From a virus: 55,688 bases of DNA. Of this stretch, positions 44,227 through 53,738 are shown in pieces (the first letter of the stretch is position 1; the number at the start of each line of letters is the position of its first letter). The stretch is taken from the IMG/VR virus record IMGVR_UViG_3300033127_000028, positions 1-55,688 of that record. The stretch is one strand, 5' to 3'. The translations under genes and the position numbers were made by a program. Under the pieces are notes generated by a model. The model saw only the letters and a list, made by a program, of their open reading frames with translations, did no database searches and was not told where the DNA came from.

Positions 44227-44880
44227 ATGTCAGTGATTGTAGTTGGTGGCATGATAGGACTGGGAAAGTCCAGTACAGCAAAGATTTTAGGTGAGGCTCT
44301 AGGAAGTGAGGTCTTTTATGAGAATGTAGATGACAATGAAATTTTACCATTGTTTTATACAGCCTCAGAGGAAGAAGCGCAGGAGAAAAGGTATCCATTC
44401 CTATTGCAGCTAGAATTTTTACAAAGCAGGTTTAAGGACATTAAAAAAGCATTACAGCACAGACAGAATGTACTTGACAGATCAATCTATGAAGATTGGT
44501 ACTTTGCTAAAGTTAACAAGGATTTAGGTAGAATCTCAGACACTGAGTTTAGCATCTATGAAAAGCTCCTTTATAACATGATGGAGGAATTAGATGAGCT
44601 TCCTAAGAAAGCACCTGACTTAATGGTGTATTTAAGAGCCTCTTTTGAAACAGTACTTTATAGAATTGGACTGAGGGGTAGAGATTTTGAGCAGGATGCA
44701 GGTCTAGTAGATTACTACAGAACACTGTGGGAGGGTTATGATAAGTGGCTGTTTAACCACTATGATGCCTCAGAAGTGATTGTAATTGATATGGACAAGA
44801 TGGATGTAGTCAATAATCCTGAGGATGCTCAATCAGTAGTAACTCAGGTGAAAAATAAACTTATTGAAATGGGGATTTAG
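44227..44880 (+). CDS. Deoxynucleoside kinase (dCK/dGK/dAK family)
   Basis: VVGGMIGLGKSS P-loop, FYENVDDN, FLLQLEFL and LDRSIYED motifs. ATG 44227 after GGGAGGAG; the track ORF starts earlier. Confidence 0.75.
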   Translation: MSVIVVGGMIGLGKSSTAKILGEALGSEVFYENVDDNEILPLFYTASEEEAQEKRYPFLLQLEFLQSRFKDIKKALQHRQNVLDRSIYEDWYFAKVNKDLGRISDTEFSIYEKLLYNMMEELDELPKKAPDLMVYLRASFETVLYRIGLRGRDFEQDAGLVDYYRTLWEGYDKWLFNHYDASEVIVIDMDKMDVVNNPEDAQSVVTQVKNKLIEMGI

Positions 44881-44883
44881 TAA

Positions 44884-45192
44884 ATGGCAGCTTTGGACTT
44901 TTTTAACTTGTTACAGCTTATTGGTGGATTTATTTTGGCAGTGGGGTACATTCCACAGATTATTAAAATCATTAGAACAAAATCAGTGAAAGACTTTAGC
45001 TTGTTGTATCTAGGTGGTATCTTCACAGGTATTGTATTCATGGAGATTTATGCAGTGTATATGTTCTTTGTAATGCACACAGCAGGAGCTTTCTTTGCCA
45101 CTAATACAGTGTCCTTCTTGCTATCAGGTATTGAGTTTGCTCTAGTATTATTCTTCTCAGCTAAGTATAAACAGGGCAAGGTGGTAAAGTAA
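44884..45192 (+). CDS. SemiSWEET-like PQ-loop membrane protein (3 TM)
   Basis: GYIPQIIKIIRTKSVKDFSLLYL parallels the SemiSWEET TM1 PQ motif. 102 aa. Confidence 0.55.
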   Translation: MAALDFFNLLQLIGGFILAVGYIPQIIKIIRTKSVKDFSLLYLGGIFTGIVFMEIYAVYMFFVMHTAGAFFATNTVSFLLSGIEFALVLFFSAKYKQGKVVK

Positions 45193-45413
45193 TGGACACA
45201 GAGACAAAGGTTGGCTTAGGGGTTGGCTGCTTATTACTTGGTTTGATTATTGTGGCTATCTTAGTAAACTTCTTACTATTCCCTTTTTTCCTTATGTTAG
45301 TGCTTGGAGCACTGGGCTACAAAGTGTCTTATCTCCTATGTATTGCAATTTGGGTACTGTTATCAGTTATCTTAAAGAAGTTGTTTCCAAAAAGGACAAT
45401 AACAGTAGAATAG
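45192..45413 (+). CDS. Small membrane protein (2 TM)
   Basis: Hydrophobic 73 aa, with an ATG overlapping the preceding stop (TAATG). Confidence 0.5.
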   Translation: MDTETKVGLGVGCLLLGLIIVAILVNFLLFPFFLMLVLGALGYKVSYLLCIAIWVLLSVILKKLFPKRTITVE

Positions 45414-45449
45414 TGTCACAGTTTAAGAAACCTCTCTAACTAAGGAGTG
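45414..45449 (+). promoter_or_regulatory. Class II phage promoter-like element
   Basis: TGTCACA-N15-CTAACTAAGGAGTG. Confidence 0.55.
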
Positions 45450-45472
45450 AATCAGTTAGGGAGGTTTTTTCT

Positions 45473-47833
45473 ATGGAATTTTTTAAGAATGTCAAAGTAA
45501 CACCTGATATAAATGGTGACACAATGGCTAGAGTATCTGAGGCGCAAAAGAGAAAGCAGCTTAAAGACTATGAGCCTACATGGGAAGAAGTTTGGATAAC
45601 AGGATACCCTACCACCACAGGCAAGCATAAGAATGGCATCTTTCAAACTAAAATCACTCCCAAAGACAAAGAGAGATTGATTGAGGTTAAGACTGCCATT
45701 GAAGCAGGACAGCTAGGTATGGGTGTGGAAAGTCTTAAAAAGTTCTCAAAAGCCCATGCTCTTAATCTTTACAAGGTTCTTGCTGAAAGTAGAAAGCAGG
45801 ACATCATAGCAGGATACCTCACCAATATGCCTGAGAATTACCACACTGTTAACACAAAGGATGGCATGAGTTGGGTAGTCAGTTTGCTTGAGGATGCCCA
45901 TGCAGCAGGTGCTGAGGTAGCTCTTGATACTGAGACCACTGGTGTAGAGTGGTGGGATAAGACTGTAGGTCTATCACTGTCTTTTGAATTTAATGGTATT
46001 GAGGAGCATTTTTACATCCCTTATGGTCACTGTGAAGATCATGTGCAGCTAACTAGGGGCTATGTAATGAAAAAGCTTAAACCTCTGTTAGAGAAGAAAG
46101 GTCTAAAGCTTGTTCTTCATAACAGTAAGTTTGATGCCCACATGTTAATTAAAGATGGTATTAGCATTATAAAAAATATCTACTTTGATACCATGATTGC
46201 TCACTCTGTACTGAATGAAAATGATGAGTTTGGTCTTAAAGCTATAGCTACTAAGTATGGTAAGTACTTTGGTTTTGAGGATAAATCTTTGAGCTTTGGG
46301 GAGCTTTTCTCTAATAAGCCTGAGGAATTTTACAATAATGAAAGTATGGAGCTATGTACTTATTATGCTTGTAAAGATACACACTTAACACTGAAAGTAT
46401 TTAAGTGGCAGCTAAGTATGATGCAGCAGCAGCCTAAACTGTTAGAGGTGTATTTTGGTTATGAGCAGCCTTTGACTCCTGTAGTAATGTCAATGGAGCT
46501 TACAGGATTTGAGCTTGATCTAGCTTTCACAGAGCTGTATAAAGAGGAGCTATCTATTGAGGTTGATAACTTAAAGAAAAAAATGATAAGTAGGTTTGGA
46601 GACATTAACATTAACTCTCCTAAGCAGTTGTCAGAGCTTCTTTATGATGAGTTAGGGTTGCCTGATATTTCTAAGAAAAGAAAAGCAGATGCCAAAACAT
46701 TAAAACAACTTGTTAAACATGAGCCTGATTTAAAACTCATCTTAGAATATAGAGACCTTAATAAGTTACTGACTACTTACATTGAGCCTCTGCCTGAAAA
46801 GATAAATAGGGATACAGGTAGATTACACTCTAACTTTAATCAGTCAGCTACTGTTACATCAAGGTTTGCTAGTAATAATCCTAACCTACAAAACTTGCCA
46901 CCAAAGGCTAGGAAAATGATTATAGCACCTAAAGGCTTTCTGATCTTTGGTATTGACTACTCTCAGATAGAGCCTAGAACATTAGCTCACTTATCAGAGG
47001 ATGAAGGGCTACAGCATCCATATCTAAACAATATTGACCTGTATGCTTCTCTAGCATCTAAAATATTTAAGCTGCCCTATGAGGCTTGTCTTGAGGCAGA
47101 TGCTGAAACCTATAAAAAAGTAGGGTTGCCTAAGCATCCTAGAAAGATGATGAAAGTAGGCTTGTTAGCTGTAATGTATGGTATTACAGTTCCTTCTCTT
47201 GCAGAGTCACTGGGTATATCAGTTCCTGAGGCTCAGAAATTTATGGATGACTTCTATAGCTCATATCCAGTCATGTCAGCTTGGATGGACAAGCAGGTAG
47301 CACATGCAGATTCCACTGGATATGTAGAGACTATGCAGGGCAGAAAGAGAAGGTTTATAGGACACAAAGATGTAGCAAGAGAGTACCACATTGTACATGA
47401 CAAAGTAGTAGACATCTTAGGTAGAGAGCCTGAGAACATTTGGAGAGAGTCACTGCCTAAGCAGTTAAAGCAGAGGTATTGGTACTCTAATAAAGATTAT
47501 CAAAGGGTAGCAAGAATGTCTGTAAATGCCATTATTCAAGGTAGTGCAGCACTCATGTTGAAAAAGGCAATGGTTGAAGTTAATGCTCACCTAGAAAGTA
47601 AGGGGGCAGATTGGAGACTGTTAGCCACTATTCATGATGAGTTGTTGTTCCTTATTCCTGAGACAGTTACTCCTGATGAGATCAGAGAAATTGAAGAAAT
47701 CATGAAAGGTGTAGTGCAGTTGGATGTGCCTCTCAAAGTAGATACAGAGGTTATGGTCAGATGGGGTGAGGGTATCCCTTTGACTGAGTGGGAAGCTAAG
47801 GGCTGTGGTAGAAAGCCATTTGAGGTAGAGTAG
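45473..47833 (+). CDS. Family A DNA polymerase (Pol I-like) with a 3'-5' exonuclease domain
   Basis: Exo I ALDTETTG, motif A DYSQIEPR, motif B RKMMKVGLLAVMYG and motif C TIHDELLF. Confidence 0.9.
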   Translation: MEFFKNVKVTPDINGDTMARVSEAQKRKQLKDYEPTWEEVWITGYPTTTGKHKNGIFQTKITPKDKERLIEVKTAIEAGQLGMGVESLKKFSKAHALNLYKVLAESRKQDIIAGYLTNMPENYHTVNTKDGMSWVVSLLEDAHAAGAEVALDTETTGVEWWDKTVGLSLSFEFNGIEEHFYIPYGHCEDHVQLTRGYVMKKLKPLLEKKGLKLVLHNSKFDAHMLIKDGISIIKNIYFDTMIAHSVLNENDEFGLKAIATKYGKYFGFEDKSLSFGELFSNKPEEFYNNESMELCTYYACKDTHLTLKVFKWQLSMMQQQPKLLEVYFGYEQPLTPVVMSMELTGFELDLAFTELYKEELSIEVDNLKKKMISRFGDININSPKQLSELLYDELGLPDISKKRKADAKTLKQLVKHEPDLKLILEYRDLNKLLTTYIEPLPEKINRDTGRLHSNFNQSATVTSRFASNNPNLQNLPPKARKMIIAPKGFLIFGIDYSQIEPRTLAHLSEDEGLQHPYLNNIDLYASLASKIFKLPYEACLEADAETYKKVGLPKHPRKMMKVGLLAVMYGITVPSLAESLGISVPEAQKFMDDFYSSYPVMSAWMDKQVAHADSTGYVETMQGRKRRFIGHKDVAREYHIVHDKVVDILGREPENIWRESLPKQLKQRYWYSNKDYQRVARMSVNAIIQGSAALMLKKAMVEVNAHLESKGADWRLLATIHDELLFLIPETVTPDEIREIEEIMKGVVQLDVPLKVDTEVMVRWGEGIPLTEWEAKGCGRKPFEVE

Positions 47834-47902
47834 CCTTGAGTCTACTTATGCCAGGTTGTCTAGCAGGTTTGATACTCATGGTTGGCTTTTATAGGCAGAT
47901 GG

Positions 47903-47935
47903 GCAGAGATTAAATTCTCTGCTCTTTTTTTTTAT
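47903..47935 (+). terminator. Rho-independent terminator after the polymerase gene
   Basis: GCAGAGA-ttaaat-TCTCTGC followed by T10. Confidence 0.8.
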
Positions 47936-47938
47936 ACC

Positions 47939-47974
47939 TGTCACACTTTTAATACCTCATCTAACTAAGGAGTG
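47939..47974 (+). promoter_or_regulatory. Class II phage promoter-like element
   Basis: TGTCACA-N15-CTAACTAAGGAGTG. Confidence 0.55.
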
Positions 47975-47992
47975 TAAAAACAATAAGGTTAA

Positions 47993-48457
47993 ATGGAGGC
48001 TATTAATATGGCATATTCTTTTGAGAAAATTTTTGAAACATGGGAAATCTTGAAAAATGGTAAGGATGGGGAAGTTTTTGAGATTGTACACTGTGCATTA
48101 CCTCTCCATATTGGCTTACAGGCTAGAGTAACAGAGGAAACTGACCATAGAGGTTCTTTTAAATCACTTGTAAAGGCTGAGGCTAAGGTTGATGACAAAG
48201 ATGCTTCCAACCTCATTCAGATGTATGGCTGTATTGTTACTGCTCAGTGGAGAAAAGTTGAAATGTATAACTATAGCAGTCTTTCTTTACATCTTGCCTT
48301 GAGGATGTTAGCAGCAGGTAAAACAGTATATGTGAAATCTAAAGACTCTAGCTCTGAGTACAAAGCTGTAAATAGATACACAGATTTTGAGGATATTGGT
48401 GTACTTGATTTTGATGATTTAGCAAACAAGGCTTTTTACAAGAAGGAGAGCAATTAG
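47993..48457 (+). CDS. Hypothetical protein (154 aa; may start at ATG 48008)
   Basis: Open frame with an RBS. No motif recognised. Confidence 0.55.
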   Translation: MEAINMAYSFEKIFETWEILKNGKDGEVFEIVHCALPLHIGLQARVTEETDHRGSFKSLVKAEAKVDDKDASNLIQMYGCIVTAQWRKVEMYNYSSLSLHLALRMLAAGKTVYVKSKDSSSEYKAVNRYTDFEDIGVLDFDDLANKAFYKKESN

Positions 48458-48458
48458 T

Positions 48459-48956
48459 ATGCCCTTCACCTCAACTCCTAGACCAGTTACACCTGCACCA
48501 AAAATAAGTACACCTGCTCCTAAGGTTAGCTCACCCGCACCAAAGGTGAGCAGCCCTCCAAAGGTAAGCAGTAAGCCAAAGGTGAGTATCACTAAACCTT
48601 CTACACCTAAGCCAAAGTATAACCTCAAGAAGCCTGAGGCTAAGGCAAATACTAAGGCAAATGTTGAAAGCAAAGCAGAGAAAAAGGTAGTTTCTCCTCC
48701 TTCTCACAGCACTACACAGCACCATTACCACAGCAATAGCTCAGCAATGGACTGGATGCCTTTCATGTTTATGGCAGGGATGTTAGACCATCAGCAGACA
48801 GTTGTTGTAAATGGTACACCACAAACACAGACATACAATCCCAATCCAGTAGCTGAGGGGATCAGTATTCTAATAACTTTGATTGCATTTACAGTCATTG
48901 GTACTATCTTGTGGAAGTTATTCAAGCCAAAGAAAAAGAAGGCGTGGAAGAAATGA
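48459..48956 (+). CDS. Pro/Lys-repeat protein with a C-terminal membrane anchor
   Basis: PAPKISTPAPKVSSPAPKVSSPPKVSSKPKVS tandem repeats, the C-terminal TM ISILITLIAFTVIGTILW, and a KKKK tail. Confidence 0.55.
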   Translation: MPFTSTPRPVTPAPKISTPAPKVSSPAPKVSSPPKVSSKPKVSITKPSTPKPKYNLKKPEAKANTKANVESKAEKKVVSPPSHSTTQHHYHSNSSAMDWMPFMFMAGMLDHQQTVVVNGTPQTQTYNPNPVAEGISILITLIAFTVIGTILWKLFKPKKKKAWKK

Positions 48957-49144
48957 TAAATAGATTAGAGACTATGGCAAGGTTTGCAGAGCCTGATGAT
49001 GTAAAGCCTTTAGCTGTTTGTGCATTTTGTGATTCTGAGTTGCATGGTGGAGAGACAGTCAGAATCTATGATAGTGAAACCTACTGCTCTGCTGAGTGTG
49101 TAGCAGATGCAGTTTCATATATAAAGACATTGGGGGATGAATAA
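48953..49144 (+). CDS. Small zinc-ribbon protein (63 aa)
   Basis: CAFCDS...YCSAEC Cys pairs. ATGA overlap with the upstream stop. Confidence 0.45.
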   Translation: MINRLETMARFAEPDDVKPLAVCAFCDSELHGGETVRIYDSETYCSAECVADAVSYIKTLGDE

Positions 49145-49146
49145 GA

Positions 49147-49650
49147 ATGAAAGTCACTTTTGTGGGGGAAATCAATGTAGAAGTTATGACTCAGAAATTG
49201 GTTGAGATTGCTCAGTCAACTATTGAGAGGCTTGAAAAAGAGCATCAGGCTAAAATCAATGGTCACAGCATCCATGAGGTAGATTTACAAATTAAGTTTG
49301 ATGTAGAAGGTATGGATGAGCCTCAGATGTTAACTGTTGATCATAATGGAGTAACTGAGCCTTTCCAGTGGATTGTTGATCTTAATGAGGGCAAAGAATT
49401 AACTAATGAGCATGAGTCAATGTTTGATGAATACTCAAAGGCTATGGCTCAAGGTGAGGAGCATCAGTTTAAAGAGGTTGAATCATTGTATAATGATGCT
49501 GACTTGCTGTTAGAGCATACTGAAACCTTTGGAGACATGAAAAAAGAGTTTTACTCTGTAGCTCAAGAGGATTACAAGGTAGTAAGGATTTATCAAGCTG
49601 AAAAACTCATTCAAGAGTATAAGCTGCTGCCTAGACAGGGTGCAGAATAA
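49147..49650 (+). CDS. Hypothetical acidic protein (167 aa)
   Basis: Open frame. No motif recognised. Confidence 0.55.
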   Translation: MKVTFVGEINVEVMTQKLVEIAQSTIERLEKEHQAKINGHSIHEVDLQIKFDVEGMDEPQMLTVDHNGVTEPFQWIVDLNEGKELTNEHESMFDEYSKAMAQGEEHQFKEVESLYNDADLLLEHTETFGDMKKEFYSVAQEDYKVVRIYQAEKLIQEYKLLPRQGAE

Positions 49651-49704
49651 AAGAAAAAGGAGCAGGCACACAGCCTGACTCCTATTTTTATGTAATTAAA
49701 TTTA

Positions 49705-50142
49705 TTATTTTCCTTCAAGCTTAGAAAGATTAGCTTTTATCATATTATCTCTATACATTTCTTTAATTTCCATAGGCATTTCTCTTGTCTTTGTCCACTC
49801 AGCACTTACTGCATCATAAGCCTCTTTTTTCTCCTGAGGTAATCTAATCTCAATTAACTCACTTAATGAAGATACTTGTAAAGCCACCATTATAGCTGCT
49901 AACTGTATTTTATTAAAACTAAGGTTCTTACCATTAATTATCTGAGATACACTGCCAACCCTCATACCTGTCATCAATGCTAGGTCTTGCTGTGTCATAC
50001 CTCTTTCTTTAAGTAAATCATCTATCTTAATTACTACATCAGCATCCTCTATAAAGCTTGCTGTACCTAAAACCACCTCATTCATAACTCCATGAGAGCT
50101 TTCAATCAAGTCTTTTAATTTAGTTTTCCTCATAATTATCAC
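49705..50142 (-). CDS. XRE-family HTH transcriptional regulator (candidate repressor)
   Basis: LLKERGMTQQDLALMTGMRVGSVSQIINGK HTH. It is the only - strand gene in this half and is divergent from the 50.2-kb promoter region. The ATG at 50133 is an alternative start. Confidence 0.7.
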   Translation of the reverse strand: MIIMRKTKLKDLIESSHGVMNEVVLGTASFIEDADVVIKIDDLLKERGMTQQDLALMTGMRVGSVSQIINGKNLSFNKIQLAAIMVALQVSSLSELIEIRLPQEKKEAYDAVSAEWTKTREMPMEIKEMYRDNMIKANLSKLEGK

Positions 50143-50250
50143 CTATTCTAATTAGTTCTTCCTCATATTTTAACCTTTTTTATTTTATAACATACTCAAA
50201 AATTTCATATATGTGTAATCATCTATCACATTGTCATCATACTTGAATAA

Positions 50251-50287
50251 TGTCACAGTTGCAATACTTTTGTCTAACTAAGGAGTG
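50251..50287 (+). promoter_or_regulatory. Class II phage promoter-like element
   Basis: TGTCACA-gttgcaatacttttgt-CTAACTAAGGAGTG. The spacer is almost identical to the copy at 52366. Confidence 0.55.
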
Positions 50288-50323
50288 TAAATACTTTAAA
50301 TTTTTAGTTAGGGAGCTGCATAT

Positions 50324-50881
50324 ATGACAGTTAAAATTGCCCTTTTAGGGGAGATCAGAGCAGGCAAAGACACTGTAGCTAACCTGATTGATAATCAATT
50401 ACACACAGGTGATACAGTTTTTATGGCTTTTGCTGATGAGATACACAAAGTAATTAAACAGTACTTTCCTGAGGCTTATTTAGAGGGGAAGCCTAGAAGA
50501 TTCCTGCAAGAAATAGGGCAGGCATTTAGGAGACTTAACCCTGATATATGGATTAATAAGCTATTTAACTCAGAAAGATACACAACTGCTATAGAACAGT
50601 CACAGCATATCATCATTACAGATGTGAGACAACCCAATGAGGCTATTAGGCTGAAATTGGAAGGCTTCACAATCATTAAGGTCACTGCTGATGAAGGCAT
50701 TAGACTAGCAAGAGCTATAGATAAGGGTGATGACTTTAAAGTAAGTGACTTCTACCATGAGACTGAATTAGCTATTCAGCATTGTCACTATGATGTAGTT
50801 ATTGATAATTCCTCAACTATAGAAGCTCTTGAGAAAAGAGTGGCAGAGGTTATTGAGGAGGTGGCTACTAATGGCAAGTAA
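50324..50881 (+). CDS. Deoxynucleoside monophosphate (dNMP) kinase
   Basis: ALLGEIRAGKDTVANLI P-loop of the phage dNMP-kinase type. 185 aa. Confidence 0.6.
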   Translation: MTVKIALLGEIRAGKDTVANLIDNQLHTGDTVFMAFADEIHKVIKQYFPEAYLEGKPRRFLQEIGQAFRRLNPDIWINKLFNSERYTTAIEQSQHIIITDVRQPNEAIRLKLEGFTIIKVTADEGIRLARAIDKGDDFKVSDFYHETELAIQHCHYDVVIDNSSTIEALEKRVAEVIEEVATNGK

Positions 50882-51215
50882 GTTAGACAGGGCTACTAAA
50901 GATCATTACACTTTGGCAGAAGTTGAGAGGACTTTAAAAAACAGAGAGCTTTCTTACTCTTATGCTGAGCAGGGTGACTTGGATATTATTCATATCATCC
51001 TAGACTCTGACAAGGCTTTAGAGTTAGCTCATCCTACAGATATACAACTTAAAACAGTAGACCTAGTTTGGAGAAAAGGATACAACCTTGTAGAAGCAGG
51101 TAAGATGCTTGGTGTAACTCCTCAGGCTGTTAAATTCAATTTAGGGTTACTTAAAGTGAAAATGCAAAAGGTTGTAGATCAGTGGAGACAACTTGATAAG
51201 GAGGGGGCAGCATGA
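50871..51215 (+). CDS. Sigma-70 region-4-like / HTH transcription regulator (candidate late activator)
   Basis: KTVDLVWRKGYNLVEAGKMLGVTPQAVKFNLGLLKVKM. ATG 50871 after GAGGAGG. Confidence 0.45.
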   Translation: MASKLDRATKDHYTLAEVERTLKNRELSYSYAEQGDLDIIHIILDSDKALELAHPTDIQLKTVDLVWRKGYNLVEAGKMLGVTPQAVKFNLGLLKVKMQKVVDQWRQLDKEGAA

Positions 51216-51610
51216 CTACTTTAAGTATTCCAGTGTCTGCATATATTTTACAGTTTACAGATAGGTGTGAGGAATTAGCTAACACAAAGTTAGAGGATGC
51301 TCCCTCTGTAGAGGTCAGAAATGAGAAAGTGCAAAACATGCTAGATGAGTTCTACATGTTTACAGGTAAGTTTCCTAAAGCAGATGCTTTAAAGTTTTTA
51401 GCTGATTACATTTTGATTACAGACTTGAAAAACAGGGATGTAGATAAAGTATCTAATGAGGATTTTCCTATCTTATCTGAAATTCAGATGAAAAGGAGAC
51501 TCAGAAAACAGAGGATGATGAAAGATGACATTCTTGATTATCTTCATAACAAGGTGAATAAGCAATTAGACAGTCTCTTTAGGACTACAATTTCACAACC
51601 TGAGTATTAA
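51212..51610 (+). CDS. Hypothetical protein (132 aa)
   Basis: ATGA overlap with the upstream gene. Confidence 0.5.
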   Translation: MTTLSIPVSAYILQFTDRCEELANTKLEDAPSVEVRNEKVQNMLDEFYMFTGKFPKADALKFLADYILITDLKNRDVDKVSNEDFPILSEIQMKRRLRKQRMMKDDILDYLHNKVNKQLDSLFRTTISQPEY

Positions 51611-51672
51611 AACAGAACAGAGGGGGAGTCATTTATTGGCTCTCCCTTAAATTTTTTATAAAGGATGGTTAC

Positions 51673-52344
51673 ATGATTAATATTAGTACAGCAATTGCAA
51701 GTATCATTCCATTATTGATGCCTTTTAGTGCAGATCAGGGTGAGGTTAATCCTTCTGAAATACCTCCAATTCCCACACAAGCTAGGGTGCAGTACCTTGA
51801 GGAGCATGGGTTAGCTGTTAAGCCTGAGGTTGTGGAAAAGGTTGTTTACAAGGAAAGGACTGTTTATATAGATAAGCAGACCAAAGAGAAGGTAAAGACT
51901 GAGGAAAAAAGAATCACTAAGGCTGAGTATACAGAGTCTCAAAAACCCAAAAAAACAGAAAAGAAACAACCAAAGAAAGAGAAGGCTGCTGCTGTATCTA
52001 ATCAGTCTCAAAAATATGAGTTTACAGCCTATAGCCATGAGCCAAGTGAGGCACAGTCACACAGATATAATGGCAGGATTGTCACAGCTACAGGTAAGGA
52101 TGTCACAGACAGCATTTACTATCAGGGCTACAGGATTATAGCTGTTAACCCTAAGATCATTCCTTATGGCAGCATCCTATCAGTTAATGTAAATGGTCAG
52201 AGCTTCAAGGCTATTGCTTTAGATACTGGGGGAGCTATTATGTCTAGGTCTAACAGGATTGATTTAATGATGAATAACACAGATGAGGCTTATGCCTTTG
52301 GGGTGCAGCAAGGCAGTATCTCATATGTAAGGAAAGGATGGTAG
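51673..52344 (+). CDS. 3D-domain (MltA/RlpA-like) cell-wall protein with an N-terminal anchor
   Basis: FTAYSHEPSEAQ...GRIVTATGKDV...IIAVNPKIIPYGS...ALDTGGAI...IDLMM is a typical 3D domain. Confidence 0.65.
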   Translation: MINISTAIASIIPLLMPFSADQGEVNPSEIPPIPTQARVQYLEEHGLAVKPEVVEKVVYKERTVYIDKQTKEKVKTEEKRITKAEYTESQKPKKTEKKQPKKEKAAAVSNQSQKYEFTAYSHEPSEAQSHRYNGRIVTATGKDVTDSIYYQGYRIIAVNPKIIPYGSILSVNVNGQSFKAIALDTGGAIMSRSNRIDLMMNNTDEAYAFGVQQGSISYVRKGW

Positions 52345-52365
52345 GGGAAACCCTGCCTTTTTTAT

Positions 52366-52403
52366 TGTCACAGTTGCAATACTTTTGTTCTAACTATGGA
52401 GGG
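52366..52403 (+). promoter_or_regulatory. Class II phage promoter-like element (variant -10)
   Basis: TGTCACA-N17-CTAACTATGGAGGG. Confidence 0.5.
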
Positions 52404-52417
52404 AAAGGGGGGAGTAT

Positions 52418-52792
52418 ATGACTTTGATCACTTTAGATCAGCTTATTGATCAGGATGCTCTAGTGATACCTCAAGCAGATGCAGTGCTGTCCTCCACTGA
52501 AATAAAGGAGGGGGCTAGGTTTGACAGTAGGGGAGGGGTGTACACCTTCTACAATAAATACTTAGAGCCTTTATATATTGGAATATCTGTAAATGTAGGT
52601 AAGAGAGTTATGGAGCACTTTGATACTCCTAAAGGAAATAAAGACTTATGCCACTATATCAAGAGAGAGCCTGTGTATGTTTCAGTGTTTTATGAGGATA
52701 GGAAAACTTATCAAGACATTTATGAGAGCTATTTGATACAGACAATGAATCCTAGATTTAATGTGGACAAGACAGGGAGGAAGAAGGTTTGA
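52418..52792 (+). CDS. GIY-YIG nuclease
   Basis: GVYTFYN...PLYIGISVNVGKRVMEH...N. Confidence 0.65.
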   Translation: MTLITLDQLIDQDALVIPQADAVLSSTEIKEGARFDSRGGVYTFYNKYLEPLYIGISVNVGKRVMEHFDTPKGNKDLCHYIKREPVYVSVFYEDRKTYQDIYESYLIQTMNPRFNVDKTGRKKV

Positions 52793-53076
52793 CAGAGCAA
52801 TTAGAGTTATTTGAGGTTACTGTGGAGCAGGAACAAGTGCAGGCATCTAAGCCTGTAGCTATCTTTGAAGAAGGTAACAGGGTAAGAGTAAAGAATGCTA
52901 AGGAGCTAGACTCTCCCTGTGTGGAAACTGTTTCATATCTAACAGACTACAGGTTTGGTGGTAAGGTTGGAACAATTAAAAGAGTGCAGGTGGGAACAGA
53001 AAGTGTGTCTTATGAAGTATTGACCACTATAGGCACTGCCATAGTCACTGAGGAAGAAGTAGCATTTATTAGTTGA
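52789..53076 (+). CDS. Hypothetical protein (95 aa, TTG start)
   Basis: Overlaps the upstream stop. GGAGG lies upstream. Confidence 0.4.
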   Translation: MTEQLELFEVTVEQEQVQASKPVAIFEEGNRVRVKNAKELDSPCVETVSYLTDYRFGGKVGTIKRVQVGTESVSYEVLTTIGTAIVTEEEVAFIS

Positions 53077-53133
53077 TTATTACCTGTATAAAAGTTACAC
53101 TATCCAAGAATACAGATAAATAAAATACAGGAA

Positions 53134-53589
53134 GTGGAATACTTGGAATCATTACAAGAAAATATGTCAGGATTAACACAGTACAGTACTGCTGAGGAGT
53201 TAAGAGCCAGTTTCCCTAAGAATGTCACAATGATGGTTAAGGGCTGCTTTAAAGCTTTGAAAGATGAGCAGTTAAATGATGAGGTATTTTTAGGTGCTTT
53301 CATTGGTAATGTGGTAGGGATTAATGTTGTGGGTACTAAGAAAGATGCAAGCTCCACAGGGATTATGGCTATTTCAAATAAAAGACTTATCTTTATTGGG
53401 AAATTAGCATGGATGACAAAAGTAGAGGCAATTGCATGGAAAAACTTTGACTCTTACTCAGCCCAAAAAGGCATGATGTTTGGTGAGATAACTGTCATGA
53501 GCAGAAGTGGTCACAGACTTAAAGTCACTTCTATAGATAAAAAAGTTTGGACAGAAGGTAAACAGATTTTAGATGCATTAGTGAATTAA
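53134..53589 (+). CDS. Bacterial PH-domain (YokE-like) protein
   Basis: ISNKRLIFIGK...GEITVMSRSGHRLKVTSIDKK pattern. Confidence 0.35.
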   Translation: MEYLESLQENMSGLTQYSTAEELRASFPKNVTMMVKGCFKALKDEQLNDEVFLGAFIGNVVGINVVGTKKDASSTGIMAISNKRLIFIGKLAWMTKVEAIAWKNFDSYSAQKGMMFGEITVMSRSGHRLKVTSIDKKVWTEGKQILDALVN

Positions 53590-53738
53590 TAAGGGGCGGG
53601 TGGCTATCAATTGGCTGCCCTTCCTTTATCTGTAGCATAAGGGGGGAAATTTAGAGTTGATTTAAGCATAAAGGTGTATGAGTCAAAGTTGTTGAGGTTT
53701 TTTTTAGTGAGTTTGAATAGAAATTAATGCCTACATAA

